Of a DNA stretch of 64,000 nt, positions 1 through 13,530 are shown piece after piece (position 1 is the stretch's first letter; each line of letters opens with the position of its first letter). The notes beneath the pieces were generated by a model. It had not been told where the DNA came from, made no database searches, and saw only the letters and a list, made by a program, of their open reading frames with translations. The translations under genes were made by a program, and so were the position numbers. The DNA is from Microbotryum violaceum. Its lineage: Eukaryota. The DNA lies in the NCBI GenBank assembly GCA_001244265.2, contig CDLV01000004.1, forward strand, positions 2,604,001 to 2,668,000. The letters run 5' to 3'.

Positions 1-2764
1 GACGGCCAGCTTTTTGCAATTCACGAGCTGTACGGACAGGACACGAACGGGGTTGTCAAGGTGAGTTTCTGAGCAGACTGCTTTGCCAAGCTGTCGGAAG
101 GCGCCTACTCATAGCGGCTTCCCCAATTCGCTGGTCATCCATACCGTAAACTTGCTGCTCGATATGCTTCAGATACAAGGGGCCCTTCTTGAGCCTGTTG
201 CCGAGTCTGATCCGGTGAAGCCGACTAGTGGGCCTTCCGACGAGCGAACAATGATCGTGCGCGAGATCTTGGACTCGGAACGGAAATATGTTTAGGATCT
301 GGAGGTGCTACAGGTGAGTCTTGTGGAGTGGGAAGCCATTTCCTCGGGCCGCTTATTTATCTAAGGTTGTACGATACCCCTGGGGGCTGTGCTCGTGCAG
401 GATTACCAACGACAAGTTCAAGCGAATGAGGTTCTATCGCAAGATCAAGTGCACGCGCTCTTCCTCAACCTCAACACACTGGCAGATTTCCAACGCCGAG
501 TACTGATCGGTGTAGAGGCAAATGCCTCGCGGCCGCCAGAGGAGCAACGCTTTGGGAACTTGTTCTTGCAGATGGTACATGACCTACGCCCCTAGCGTCT
601 CTTGCGAGATGACTACGCCCTGATGCCTCGAGCCGTTCTTTCCCCTCCCCCCTAGGAGGAGCACTTTTATATCTACGAGCCGTATTGTGCCAACCTGACT
701 TCTGCGCAAGAGTTGGCGATGGCAGAAAATGCAGCCCTTTCGGTGAGCTGGTTCGGGAAGTGTGAAGGGCCAGCACTGGGTGACTGAAGCAATTCGTCCC
801 GATCCCTTGCAGCGGTTGGCGCATGTGCTCGATCCCATTTCGGAGTTGGCACCGCTCCTTATCAAACCCATTCAGCGAATATGCAAATATCCTCTGCTTA
901 TTGGTGTGTGTCAGGATTTGGACGTTAAGCTGAGCTCGAGGGCCGTTTCTCACCTGACTGAGATCGGTATTCAATGGTTTGCGCAGTCGCTTCTCAAGAA
1001 CACGCCCGAAGAGTCGCCCTATCATGGAGAGCTCAAGGCGGGGCATGCTGCCATCATGCGAGTGACGGACCGAGTCAACGAGATGAAACGTCGCGAAGAA
1101 AATCATCAAGCTGTGGTGGATCTCAGAAAATGAGTCGAAGATTGGAAGGGGCACGACATCGACTCGTTCGGCGAGCTTCTGCTTCACGACGTCTTCAATG
1201 TTCAAAAGAATGATTCGGAGCGCGAGTACTTCGTGTACCTCTTTGAACGCATCATCCTGTACTGCAAAGAGGCTGCTCCTGTGGGTAGGAGAAGTGGGAG
1301 GGCTGGGTCCGTCAAGGGCAAGACGGGGAGTCACAAGGTCCCTGGTTTGGTGTTGAAGGGTCGCATTTTCGTGCACAATGTGACAGGTATAACGGCGACG
1401 CATCGCACATGTGAGTCTTCGAGAGCCCCAGGTCTCCTGTCCCCACCTTGCTCACTATTCCCGGGCGTCTGGCTTGTTCGACGCCCTAGCTCAAAACCTT
1501 CTCGAGATCCGATGGCGGGGCGATGTGGGTGAAGAGGCGTTTACCATCAAATGTCGAAGTGAGGACGTGCTCAAGCATTGGAGAAATCGGTCGCCAAGGC
1601 CGTGGACGAAGTGGTGACCCGCCGTCGTACAAACCATCTGTCGGCAAGTCGAAGATCGGAGATGTCAACGACCCCTTCCTTGTCCAGCTTCCAGGGCGAC
1701 GGCATGTCCTCGTCGTATGCTTGGCACGGCTCAATGCTCCCGAGCGCAGGACCCAGCAGCAGCAACTGGGACGACTCAGAGTTCATCTCCGAATCTGGCC
1801 GATCGACGCCGAACAGCACATTGTATGCCGGCCTTACGCGACATGCTTCCGGCAGCATTCGATCGATTCCGATCGATGCGCGTGGAAGAGTGCAACGACT
1901 GCGACCGAACGCCAGTGACGAGCGCATAGCGTCTCCTGCAAAGTTCACTCGGTCAAAGTTCACCAGCGGGACCCATACGCCAGCTCACGGCGCCGGATCT
2001 CCCATCGAGCAGGTGAAGCCCTCGAACGCTATGACTCAGCCTTCGCCACCTCGAGGACCGGTTCTGGCTCGAACACGCTCCGCAAGCAGTCCCTTAGAAT
2101 CCACCAAATCAATTTTAGGCGACAGCTTGCCACAGATCTTGGATTCAGAGTGGTCCGTGCGCGGTGGCGATCAACACCGCGCCACCCATCCCTACGCAAG
2201 TAAGCCGAGTCCGGTCAAAGAGCTTACTTCGGCCAAAGTGATGGGCGGTTACAAGCCAGGAGGCACGAACTCGGGTGCGACGCTGGCGTTCCAATCCTCG
2301 GCGACCTCATCGAACCTGAAACGGTTCAGCTCATCCAGTATCGGTACCGGTCGCTCCTCAGCGACCTCGAGCATGTCAACAAGTCAGCCCGCAACGAACG
2401 GGCATTTGCCGTCACCTTCGTCGCCTTACAATTCTCGGCCCAGCACGAGACATATCCCTCGGGGAGAGCCATTTCTTCGACGATGTTCCGATTTAAAATC
2501 AACTTTGGGAACGACACGTTCATAGTTGTAGCTTCGGGCCGGATCTCGCACCGTGAGCTCCTGGACAAGGTGCTCAAGAAACTACGTCTCTGCGGTCACG
2601 CGATTCAGGACAGCACCGGTCTGCGACTTCGCTACGAGGACGAAGACGGGGACCGCATCCTGATTGGGAACGACTCGGACTTGCAAATCGCTTTGGAAGA
2701 CCTGGAAGAGTCGACCACGACGGGTCAGCCGACTCCTGTCTTGTTCGCCAAGCTTGACGCTTAG
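1..2764 (+). pseudogene. CDC24: Rho-GEF Cdc24/Scd1 homolog (DH-PH-PB1), multi-exon, 5' end outside window; carries nonsense and frameshift lesions
   Basis: DH motifs IVREILDSERKYV*DLEVLQ and LLIKPIQRICKYPLL; PH region VEDWKGHDIDSFGELLLHD..VYLFERIILYCKE; C-terminal PB1 LRYEDEDGDRILI. In-frame TAG at 293-295 and TGA at 1131-1133; apparent frameshifts near 1579 and 2480; GT..AG introns visible. Confidence 0.85.
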
Positions 2765-3128
2765 AAGTATATGCGCTTGCCACAACATGGAGCAGCGAGC
2801 ATGTCGCTTCAAGTTCAAGTTAGACAATCTTGTCGCTCTCGCATCCGCCACCCCGCTTCGCGCCCAGTACTCGCTATTATATACTGAGACCTTATCACAT
2901 AATTACACGGAATCGGCTGTCGTATTTCTTCAGTATGTCCATATCAATGTGTAAAATATGAGTACCAAGTAGTTCGTTAGTGTCCTGTTTGAATTACATT
3001 ACACTTGCGGCCGCAAAGCGATGGAACGAGAACAGACGAGAAGTAGGCAGGCCGGACTTGAGTCACCAGGTGGTCTTAGCGACTTAGCTTCGCTCCTGTT
3101 CGTTCCCCGCTAGCTGTAGTGTGCTACA

Positions 3129-4730
3129 ATGACGGACGCAGCGGGTGGCGATGCTGGGTACCTGCTTTGTGTGGTTGTCAGTGCGCTTCTGCCTCCACTG
3201 TTGCTACCGTGCCTACTGCTGTGTTTGCTGAGTGATGCCCTTCGTTGACGTGGACCTTGCCCTCGCGTGATCGCCCTCGCCCCACAGCTCGATTTGAATC
3301 CACTGGCTTGGTCGCTGTCGTCGGTCGCCGATCCACAGACTCACGATCAACTCTCACTCGAACAGGCTTTGGATCAGGTGCTCATCTTTGCCAATGCCCA
3401 TCTTGCGTTGCGCCATGAGAACCAGATCGCCGTATTCGGAGCGGGACATTCGATGTCGTCAGTCCTCGCTTCAGCCTGGTCGAGCCCAAGCAGCCACCGA
3501 CTCGGCCGCCGATGCCCCGGGCAGGGCACGATGCAAACGAAGTGACTTGTTCTGTTCTATTGGACACCGTTCCTTGAACTAGGAAATTGCTCTACTCGTC
3601 CTCTCTCGCACCTTCGGCTGCACCTTCCATCGAGCCACTCTCATCCGCGAGAGATGCCAACACCTATCAGCAGTTCAGGATCGTCAACGAGGGTACCACA
3701 AACGGTGTGAGGGATATGATGGCCGAGCAGTCGGACGATAACGTTGGGAAAGGTGCGTGCTCTTTTTCATCAGGCCATCGGCGGTCCACAGGCAAGATTG
3801 GGGCCATCTCGCTGACAAGTGGCCCACGTCGATCCCAGCGGATGTCGACATGGTCGGCGCCCTCGCAATGGTGCTGTGTCGTGCGTTGTTTTCGGCATTC
3901 CTTCCACGATTCGCATACAGTTACGGTGGAGCTGAACTTCCTCAGTTATCTTCCGTCCTCACAGATGTGAATCGACTGAACTCGGCCTCGACACTTACGC
4001 CGAACCTGAACAAGCCTCGACCACGGATCCTGGTTCTTAGCGTGACCGATGACGCCTCAACGCAATACGTCTCGACTATGAATTGCATCTTCACCGCACA
4101 AAAGAATGTCAGTGATTCAATTGTTGAGCGGACGGTTCGTATTGCGTCCCAGTTTCCCCGTACCTAATGCGCAAGCCCGTGGGACACATTTTGCCGTCTC
4201 TAGAGTATTCCCATTGATGTCTGCAAAATCTTTGGCCGAGATGCGGTTTTTCTACAACAAGCCTGCCACCTCACAGGCGGATCGTATTTCAAGATCGCTC
4301 AGCGACGGGGCCTCTTGCAATACCTCATTGTGCGTGTATCGCTGCAAAACTCGTCGCACCTTCGCTCTATCCAAATTCGGACTGCGAGCTCACTCAGCAC
4401 GGAAGCGAACCTCCACAGATGACCTTCCTGCCTGGCCCATCGGCTCGCAAGCATCTAAATCAGCCGACACAAGATCACGTTGATCTCCGCGCGGCATGCT
4501 TGTGCCACCGCAAAATTGTTGATGTCGGCTACGTGTGCTCCGTGTGCCTATCGATCTTTTGCGCGCCGGTGCCGGTTTGCGGGACGTGTCGGACCAAGTT
4601 CCCCATGGCGACCTTGAAACGATTTGGATTCGGTGCAAGACCAGCGAACAGTGGGGCAATTGCGAGATCGAAGAAACGGAAAGCGCTGCCAAACGGGGAG
4701 ACCCTCCCTCCAGTTTCGATCGGCATTTGA
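3129..4730 (+). CDS. TFB4: TFIIH core subunit Tfb4/p34, multi-exon, apparently intact
   Basis: Spliced reading gives LDLNP..W, VLIFANAHLAL..ENQIAV, QYVSTMNCIFTAQK, IPIDVCKI..FLQQACHLTGG and the C-terminal Zn finger RAACLCHRKIVDVGYVCSVCLSIFC..CGTC. ATG at 3129. Confidence 0.92.
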
Positions 4731-4840
4731 ACCTGCCAGGGGACTGTGCGCTATACCAGCATAATGTACGTTGACGCCTTCCGATGTTGTAACAATGACG
4801 GTGCATGTGTCGCGTCGTATGCGCATGAGACGTGGGCCCT

Positions 4841-6910
4841 CTAAGGCCTATGGTCTGATATCTTGCGCGTGACATGAGCCCACAGTTTAAGCCAGTCGGC
4901 TCTGACTTGCTCCGAGCCTTGGGTCCACTCGCCTCGCAACGAGCACCCGGCATCTTCTCCATCATCCTGTAGAGCCGTAAAACTGGCTTCGATCTGATTG
5001 CCACCTGTTCCAGCGGTGTTTTGGCCGGCGATACCTGTCTGAGTGGGGTTTCGCGCTATCCGACGAGCCGAGCGGGACCAAGAGTTGCACGCCGCTCTCA
5101 TTTGAATCACGCCTGGTGCAGAACGGGAGGTCGTGACGCCATCTAGCGAGTTTAGAATGGTACAGACAAGATTAAAAAGAGTCGGGGCTTCCATTCCTGA
5201 CGGAGCACGAAACGTGGCGGAGTTCACCGGAAGGGAGAACTTGGTCATGAACGGTGTAATTTGCGCGAGCGACTGCATACCCGCGGCCCAAGAATATTTG
5301 CCCCTCGTCAGCAGCCAAATTCAGAAGCAGGAGCTGTAGGGGCAGGGGACGGCAGGGGACGGTAGCATACCTGAGGTATACGCCAAGCCCCGAGTGACCA
5401 GACGAGTATATGACGAGTTGTTCGACCCGAGGAGAGCGCGTGGACGATGTAATTACTGATCTGTGAGTTCAGTTTATGGAGAAGACTCAGCACCGCATTC
5501 GAAAGGAGATTTTGGGTCCCGCGGTGGCAGTGGACGCACTTTGTGGGTTTTCAACTTGGCGATTAATGGACTCAAGCTGGAAAACTTCCCAAGTAACGAC
5601 GAGAACAGTCTGTGAATTGACATGTGTGTTTCATCAGCAAACGCTTCTCTCGATCAAGGTCCTGCCCATGGAACAACCGTTTCTCCGCCTACCGAATATG
5701 GCTGCCAAGCCGGACGCTCTCTTCGATCATCCTCCCAACGAATTCGATCTCGCCGCCCTTGGTTACCATCTCGTTGGAGGCGCCGGTGCAGACCTGTCGA
5801 AGCCCGAGATGAATCAGCGTGCAGCACGTCGACCTTTCGGGTAGCAGCATCTGTACTCACCGCACTCGGTTGTCCGTCCTTCTCCGTCGCCAAAGCTCTG
5901 ATCTCGACCTCGCTTTCGTAAAATGGTGGATTACACATTGTGAAGTCGAGCTCATTATCCGCCCAGGTTTCCTTTGGAAATAAAGGGTCCTCCTCACGAG
6001 TCGAACAAACGACTTGAACCCGTGCGGTCAAGTTGTTCGCATTGACATTGCGTATGGCACAAGATTGCGAGTGTTCGTCGACCTCTGATCCGTATACGAA
6101 GGCATCCGCTTGCATCTTGGCAACGAGTAGAGCATAGATTGCGGAAGCACCTGTGCCACTGCAAGACGGGAAGCTGTCAGTGCTCGCACGGCATGGCCTC
6201 GATGGGACAGATTCTCTCTCCAGGATCTACGAACACGTCGAGGCCGCGAACATGTGACGACCTTTGTGGATTGAGATGGACCAGTCTGAGAATGAAGGTA
6301 ACGTATTCGACTCTGGGTGTTTTTCGGGACGGGGGCAAGATGCGAGTCAGGCGTAATCAATCAGGTGCCAACATGGAGGATGTGGGGGGAGGGGGTGCTG
6401 TGCCAAGTGGGGCGCACGAGCGCAAGATAGTTCGCAAACTCACCGGCCCGGCACCTGAGAGTCGAAGCACAGGAATTGACACCCATGTGCCATAATTTCA
6501 GCGGCGCTGCCTTGAAACGGGAAGTTCTTCCAGCAGGTGCAACTCACGATCGGGCAGAGTCGGTCTCTGGGTAGCTCAATCCGGAGTCCGAAGTCGCGTT
6601 CAAGCAGTGCTGAACTCAGCGCTCTGCGCGGCGCGTCGGCGTGGGGTAAGTGGGATGCACAGGCCGAGCGGAAAAAGGCTGCGTTGGAGGTACGAGAGCA
6701 TACCTCAAAGCGTTCTCATCTTTGTAATCGATGGTCGAGCCCCCGTATGGGTTCTTTCGTAGGCTATCGGAGACCTAGCGCTGTGAGCTGAGCGAGCCTG
6801 AGAGCTGCCGCAAGGGCATGAACGTACAAAGGTGCAAAATAGGGTACATCCTGCGCCAGCTGGGAATAATCCGGTGGCCCGTCCGCATACGGATTATGAA
6901 CGTGGGACAT
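4841..6910 (-). CDS. METTL16: METTL16/RlmF-family (DUF890) RNA m6A methyltransferase, multi-exon; start approximate
   Basis: Exons encode HNPY..PPDYSQLA, ALLERDFGLRIELPRDRLCP, GLDV/GTGASAIY (SAM-binding) and catalytic DFTMCNPPFY. Confidence 0.85.
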
Positions 6911-7608
6911 CTCTCCGTACGGGAGGGTACGACCGTCCGTTGTAGCCGTGTCGGGGTCGGCGTCGTCCCGTGCTGGCGGTTGAACTCCGTGGCGTCTCCG
7001 CCGACGATCAGAACTCGGAGCGCTCAGAGGTCGAAGCTGCCGGCGGGCATGAGTGGGGAGGACTCTGTCACGTGTCGGTAGCTTAGCAACTGTCTTTGAT
7101 CGAGACGACGCCACGTTGCAGATCCAGAACCTGAGCCGCTGGAAAAGGACGACGTGGGCCCAGGTCGATGTCGTCTGGGTAGATAGATCGATATCAGAGG
7201 CGAGGACACAAGAGGGCAAAGAAGAGCACACTCGTGCACTATAGTGTAATTAGTGTACCAAAGGACACTCGCGCTAGCTCCTGCTATTAGCTATTAGCTC
7301 GCGCTCCCTTATTATAAGTCACTTCTGCGCCCACCACCCCGTTCCCCATCTCGAATTCACCTCAATCGCCCTTTCGCACGCCGTTTCTTCGGGCTTCAGC
7401 TACCAGTGAACACTTGGGCGGAGGACACGGACAGGGTCCTGTCTTGACTAAGGTCCTTGTCGCGTGAAGGTGTGACCGTGGTCTGCTCATCGGCTGTTGC
7501 CGGCTAATCACACGGCTTCTTGCGGCTGGTGATTGAACGTTGAACGTTGAACGGCGATTCGACAGTTCGACAGTTCGTCAAGCGACGAAGAGGGGTCCAA
7601 GGCACTCA

Positions 7609-9082
7609 ATGCTGGGATCTTTGAATCAGCCGACACCGTCAAACTCCTCAACTCAACCGCATCCGCATCCACAATCTCATCCGGCACCTCTCAACCGTTA
7701 CCCGCCACTCTTTCTAGCCGTCGATGGCGGTGGTTCCGGCGTACGAGCCGTGATCGCATCGCATGCTGGCGTCGAATTGGCGCGAGCTTCGGCAGGTCCA
7801 TGCAATGTGTCAGTGGGCATTTCAGAGTTGAGCCGCGTTTCCGAATAACTTGGAACAGTGGAGACTGACTCCTCGGCTATCGGAACCAATGTCTCCTCCG
7901 ATCAGCAAGAGCGTGACGGCTCCGGTTGCGGTCACACGAATTCTCCAAGCCGTCAATGCCGCTCTGACTCTCGTGCCGCTTTCCGGTGACGAGACTCGCC
8001 CGGGTCCGCAAGGTCGGACCCCTGACGCTGTCCCTAGCCTCACATCGGATACTGATCAAGAGCAGTCCTCTTTGATGGGACACTGCTTCGCCAAGGCATG
8101 GGTGGGCGTGGCTGGCGTGGACTCGCGAACGCAGGGATCCGACTTTGAGGACTTGCTCCGTCAAGCGCTTCGTATGGCCACCACAGATTTGATTTTGACG
8201 AATGGCGAGTACACCAGATTTTAATGATCCTGGCGATGGATTTGTGCATTGACGCTGACCTGAGACTTTATGTGCGTCTTTGCTTCAGATGGGCACCTCT
8301 TCGCCGCTGCGTCAACCAGTCTTCCCCACGTTGACGCCACGGTGGTGATGTGCGCAGGCACGGGCTCCGTATCACTCGCATTCCGCATACATCCCACCAC
8401 ACGCGAACCAAAGCTTGTGGCCTGTAGGGGTGGCTGGGGCCCCGTCTTGGGAGATGAAGGTTCCGCCTATTCCATCGGCCGACTCGGTATTCGCTCGGTT
8501 CTTTCTTACTTTGACGAGCTATATATGGCGTCCGCAGGCAAGGGCCCAACACCGCCAAAAACACCTCGAACCTGTCTGATGTTTGGGGCTATATTACGCT
8601 ACTTTGGAGCCACCACCTCAAAAGGTCTGATCGACCGCATCTATTCGCATTGTTCGACGCCTCAAGCTTCCCACGAAACGGAGTCACGGCGCAAAATTTG
8701 GATCGCCGATTCAGCGCGCATCGTTCTAGAACATGCCTTTCCTGCGATTGTTGAATGCGTAGAGTCAAAGAGAACCGCTTTGGGCATTCTGGCGGAGGCC
8801 CAGGCCCACTTGATCGACGTGGTTCTGCGCTTTGTCGATCAGCTCCGACTCGACCTGCACCGCACAGTCTTGACTTTGGGAGGGAGTCTTTGGACAAATT
8901 CAGGATTTGCGCAGATGTTTCTGGAGAGGCTCGAGGCGACACAATGTGTGTTCAAGCATGTCATCATTGCGTCGGATGCCGCAGGACCCGCAGCAGTATC
9001 TCTTGCGCAACGCTCGAAGCGAACGGCGGACGCCCCAACACAGAAGGCAGACGAACTTGAATTGCATAACAAAATACGATAG
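7609..9082 (+). CDS. BadF/BadG/BcrA/BcrD-family ATPase, N-acetylglucosamine-kinase-like, 3 exons
   Basis: LFLAVDGGGS..RAVI, AGPCN, AWVGVAGVD, ILTND, CAGTGSV, GGWGPVLGDEGSAYSIGR, LTLGGSL (ASKHA/actin-like fold motifs). Confidence 0.85.
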
Positions 9083-9164
9083 AGGTCGGACCCACACCAC
9101 GAAGGCTGAAATCATAGTCTCAGCTCAGCGCCATCTAGATCCTGTACCGGTGCCCCGACGTTTC

Positions 9165-12100
9165 CTAGAGTTTGTACGCGACATAGAATGATGCGTACAT
9201 ATTGACCCGATCTATCGGGGTCTTGGATCCTATCTCCCGTTGGTGGATGCATCTGTACAGCAATGACGGAAAATTTTGGCATCAGCGTTCGGTCATAGTA
9301 GGATTGTCAACGAAGTGATCAGGAAAAACACTGACTCGACTCTGAAGCCCTCGCGCTTGTAGAGAGCGATGTACCACGGCTCAAGACCGGCACTGCGCCA
9401 GAAAACTCGACCGCCAGGAGCAAGTGCGTTGCGGAGGGCGCGGATCGTTAAAGTCAAATCGCAAGGATTAGATCTGACTGTTTCGTCCGAGTCGCCCAGC
9501 GAGTTGCGGAACCAATCTTGCAGGTCCATAATGATCGCAATAGTCAGCGAGTTACTTCCAAGTCGTTTCATCACCTGCCAAGCAGATGCATAATCGGTTG
9601 CGGAATCAGGTAAGCTGCGATAAGCCTTATCGGGCGCACTCGGCACATTCTTGTTCTAACATTGATGATGGAATCGGTGTGAAGACGGAAAGAATCCAGT
9701 CTCGCCCCGTTGTCTTTCTTGAGTGCCTCAAAACCAGCTCGCGTAAGGTATTCTGGGCTGTGAAGAGCAAGGTGCAAACCTCGGTAAGAACTTGCCACTC
9801 GGCGATGGGGAGAAATCTTCGCAAAGGCCGGGGAACTTGTGACTTGCCAGGAGTCATGAGTGTATCTCTGCGTCAGGCAGACCTGGTAATGGTACGCTCC
9901 TGATGCGATGTGGGTGCTGTGGGCCACAGGGTCGAGAGTATCGATTGCAAACTGTTCGGTTGTTGTCTCGGATAGGAACACTTGAACTTGGTTAGTCGGA
10001 ACACCTGACAGTGGAGCGTTGTCGTCCGCGCAGCAGTTAGCGCTTGTACTTGCTCTGCCGGCTTCAGTGGGACCGAGCCTCCGGTTCTCGAGAACTCACC
10101 CAGCGCATTCCATAGGAAAGCAGAGTTCGACAGAAAGAGCTTGGTGATGAATTTGCTGAGCAGAACCGGTCTAAACTTGTCTTCCCAAATCTTCTTCTGT
10201 TCCGCTTGTGTGGTCGCCGAGACGAACGCGTCCACTTCCTTGGACAACCCCCCGATCTTGAGCGCGACCTTGGCCAGCCGGAGGGCCCAGCCAGAGTAGC
10301 CCCGGAGGTAGAAAGAGGATGCAAACGCACGGTCGTTTTTGCGCCAGAATTGGTACGCGTGGGAGGCAAGAACGGTGAAAGCTTGGTGTCGAGCAGTTCG
10401 CGAAATTGGGGGTGCGTTCCTTCACCGAAAAGCTAATCAATCCCCGTGCAAATCGACGTAAACATTTAAGGTTAAGTATCCATAACCTTGGCTTGTGCTG
10501 GTAGCCTGCCTGTTACAGCAACGCCGCCGGAAGACACTTACTTTCCAATGGTCCTCATAATCCAGAGCGCAGAATGAGGCGAGCTTGAGCTCCAGCAGGT
10601 GACCCTGGCAAGGGTTCATGTCTACGGCGTGGATACGCCTTGGTTGTTGACCCGGTTCCCCAGCGATAGCGTCTGCCGTTCGGGTCGAGAACTTAGTTCT
10701 TGAGGGAGATTCTTCACCACCGTTGAAGATGAACTTACAGTGCAATGCATTGTCTCCGGCCGAGGTGATGCACAGGATGGAATCGTCCTTTGTTGGCTTC
10801 AAGTACTTCATATCCACGGCCGGGTCTTCCCACTGCAAGATGAGAACGAAACGCAAACGATCCTCAGCAACTGCTTGTGGGGCCAAAGGCAAATAGCCAG
10901 AGGCGCTGACTGTGAACCCATAGATCCAGGTTCGGAATTCTTTGTGCACCGGAGAATCCAGGTACGGCACGCGGAACTGTCTTTTGCCGTAGTGAAACGA
11001 GCTCAATTGCTTGACGGGCGACACGTCGATACGAGTGGTCGCGCTCGCCTGTGATTTGGATCGGCAAAGTTGCTGCGGCGAGGAGTTGCGACGCGACAGA
11101 GCCGCGAGGCCAATATTGAGCGCCGGTAGATCGACATTGGACTGTCGTGCAGCAGCAAGGAGTGGCGATGCAGACGTCGATATGGTATTGCCTGCGTCGA
11201 CTTCGTAAGCAACGTTGGCTCGCGATGTGTCGGCACGACGGGATGTCATCAAGTTGACGTAGTAAGGGCTAATTGTAGAGCCTCTCCCCAAAGTCAGGAC
11301 CAGGTATGCAGGCCCGGGCCATGGGCCCATAGAGTGCGACTCACATCCGCACGATCCAGGGTAGGACAAAGTGGTTGCGACCATTGAATGATTTGATTGT
11401 TGCGAAACAATGCTCGAGGTACTGGCGCCGTGACGGGTGGAGGTCGACGTGATCGAATTCAAACCAATGAAGCCAGAACAGTCGCGTAAGCCAGGAGCAC
11501 TGGCGCGAAGCGACGTCCCCAATGATCTCAGCCAGTGAGGATTTCTCGCGAGCCGAGACGTAGAAATCGCAGACGGAGAGCAATCCCGAAGGGTTCAGGA
11601 AGCGATCGACTCGATAAATGAGAGCCAACATGTTTCGCATCATTGATAGACTGTAGGACATCGTGACGAAGTCAAGTGCACCCTCCGGAGCCGCGCCGTC
11701 TTCCCAGCCGGGCAAAACGAATGCGGTAGCATCCCAAGTTTGTCATGTAACTTCAGCGGTCGAACGATGTCTCCTAGCTTCAGACATTATCCAGCTGATC
11801 AGGAGCGCTCACCTGTAAGAGACAATGCACATTTTTCCATCCCCTGGCCTCAAAGCGTTTACGCGAAACGGTCAATAGGGGTTCGCAAAGGTCCAAGACA
11901 TACACCGCGTCAAAGTCGGTGATTGAAAAGTACTGTGTCAAAAATACAAGGGTCAGTAACCGCCGATGAGCAAGCGTACAACAACGTGGTCGAAGGAGCC
12001 GAGCTGAGAGCAGATAGCGCTTGTATGTGGGGGTGGGGCCGAAGCCGGTGAGGTCGACGCTCGCACGTGCGGGAGCTATCGGCGGGGCAGAAGTCGTCTG

Positions 12101-12760
12101 ACACCCAGCGCTCCACCTACTTTGTCCATTTCCTCTACATTCCACCCTATGCATACGGTTGAGGAAGTTTGTCAATTTCGGCGCCAGGGCACGTGAGGTT
12201 CCAACCTCTGACGAGCACAACGGGGCCACGGGCCATGTGCTCACCAGTGCCGCCTCCGATATCCAGCCAGATGAGGCGTTTGCAGGGATCGCTCTTGCGT
12301 TGTTCTCGAAGGTGAGCGGCGGAAAGCTTCAGCATGGTCCTACGGCCACGCAGAAGCGCGTTGCGCGTCTTGTCATAGACTGCGGATTAAGGCAAAGGTT
12401 TATGGCTCAGTGCCCACGGTCCGACGTCAGCTACTCCGCTCAGGCTGCCATTGGCCTGCCGTGACAGGCTTGGGTCGACGCACTATCCGCTTGTCCAGAG
12501 TAAAACGCGTAAAGACGTCCTTCTTGATCCTTGCTCTTTCCGAGAGATTTAAAAAAGCAGTTCCAGCAGAATTGCAGGGCGACGTGCGTCGGGCCAGCAA
12601 ATTCGAAGACGATCGCGAGCATCGTGGTGAGTGAGAGGATATAGCCGCTCGCGACCGAGGATTTGGTGTAAGTATCGAGCCCATGCTTGACAGGCTGGTA
12701 GCCAAAGAAAAGTGACGCGGCGAAACCAGTCAAAATGATGCGACTCGCAACATGCGACAT
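9165..12760 (-). CDS. BTA1: Betaine lipid (DGTS) synthase; N-terminal SAM methyltransferase fused to DUF3419 (BtaA-like) domain, multi-exon
   Basis: IWLDIGGGTG, VTMSYSLSM, WEDPAVD..ILCITSAGDNAL, AVDMNPCQGHLLELK, IMDLQDWF, GGRVFWRSAG..PWY, C-terminal DRVNMYASFYVAYKL* (stop 9165-9167). Confidence 0.9.
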
Positions 12761-13309
12761 CGTGGCCTCGCGAAGGATATTGTGTCAGTCGAGACAGTGA
12801 AAGAAAGAGTCGGAGGTTGAAGCCGAAGGTCAAATTGTGGCCGCCGCGCAGCCTGCGCCGAATTCCGTGATTCTCCAAGATCACCAACGTGGCTCACTGC
12901 AGCCGCGCGACCAGACCATTCGTGTGAATGGGGCCGTGGAACCTGACCCGATTCGCCTTCAACTTGCCGAGTTTATTTGCCGGTACAATGGGGCAGGACG
13001 GGTTCGCACCGTACTCTTAGTCCTTCAAGTTGAGCAGAGTTGGGCTTGGTCTAAAAGCCATGTACACACCCTCATGTACTACACATCATCCTCTTCAGTA
13101 TTTTCCCACTGTTCGGGTTGAAATATTTACCCTGGAAGGTCATGTCGTCTGCCAGGCCATCGAGTCGACTTATAAGTAGTGGCTCTGAGCCCGCCCACGT
13201 GCGGTCTCCGCTGCCCTTGTGCACGTTCGTCACATAGGACCCCCGAAAGCCCAGCCGGAGGCGCGTTTTTGTTTTGCACGCACACATAACCGCTCTACTC
13301 GCTTGTCAC

Positions 13310-13530
13310 TTTGGGCTCACATAAGGTCGGCTTTTGGGCCCACGTCGGAGGCACTCTGGTCCCACATCGGAGGCGACTCTGGTCCCACACCGAAGGCGAC
13401 TCTGGTCCCACATCGGAGGCGATTTTGGGATCACATCGGAGCGGACTTTGGGATCACATCGATGCGGACTTTGGGATCACATCCGAGGTCATTCTTGTAC
13501 CACGTTCATGGGAACTTTGGTACCACATAG
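13310..13530. repeat. Imperfect tandem minisatellite, unit ~21 bp (GGCGACTCTGGTCCCACATCGGA-like), about 10 units
   Basis: Repeated ACTCTGGTCCCACATCGGAGGC / ACTTTGGGATCACATCG units read directly; they produce the repetitive spurious ORFs at 13219-13561. Confidence 0.85.

Noticed and set aside
293..1133. CDC24 stops rescued by A-to-I RNA editing or a variant genetic code
   Set aside because: Editing would give Trp rather than the conserved Gln/Arg; frameshifts also occur; neighbouring genes use TAG and TGA as normal stops.
471..1403. Long antisense ORFs (471-1403 and many over TE pol genes)
   Set aside because: Shadow frames of GC-rich coding DNA with no recognisable motifs.
4841..12760. METTL16 + kinase + BTA1 as a functional gene cluster
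   Set aside because: Unrelated housekeeping functions (RNA methylation, amino-sugar kinase, lipid synthesis); no shared pathway or motif seen.
13310..13530. CRISPR-like array
   Set aside because: Units are contiguous with no unique spacers, there are no cas genes, and the context is eukaryotic.
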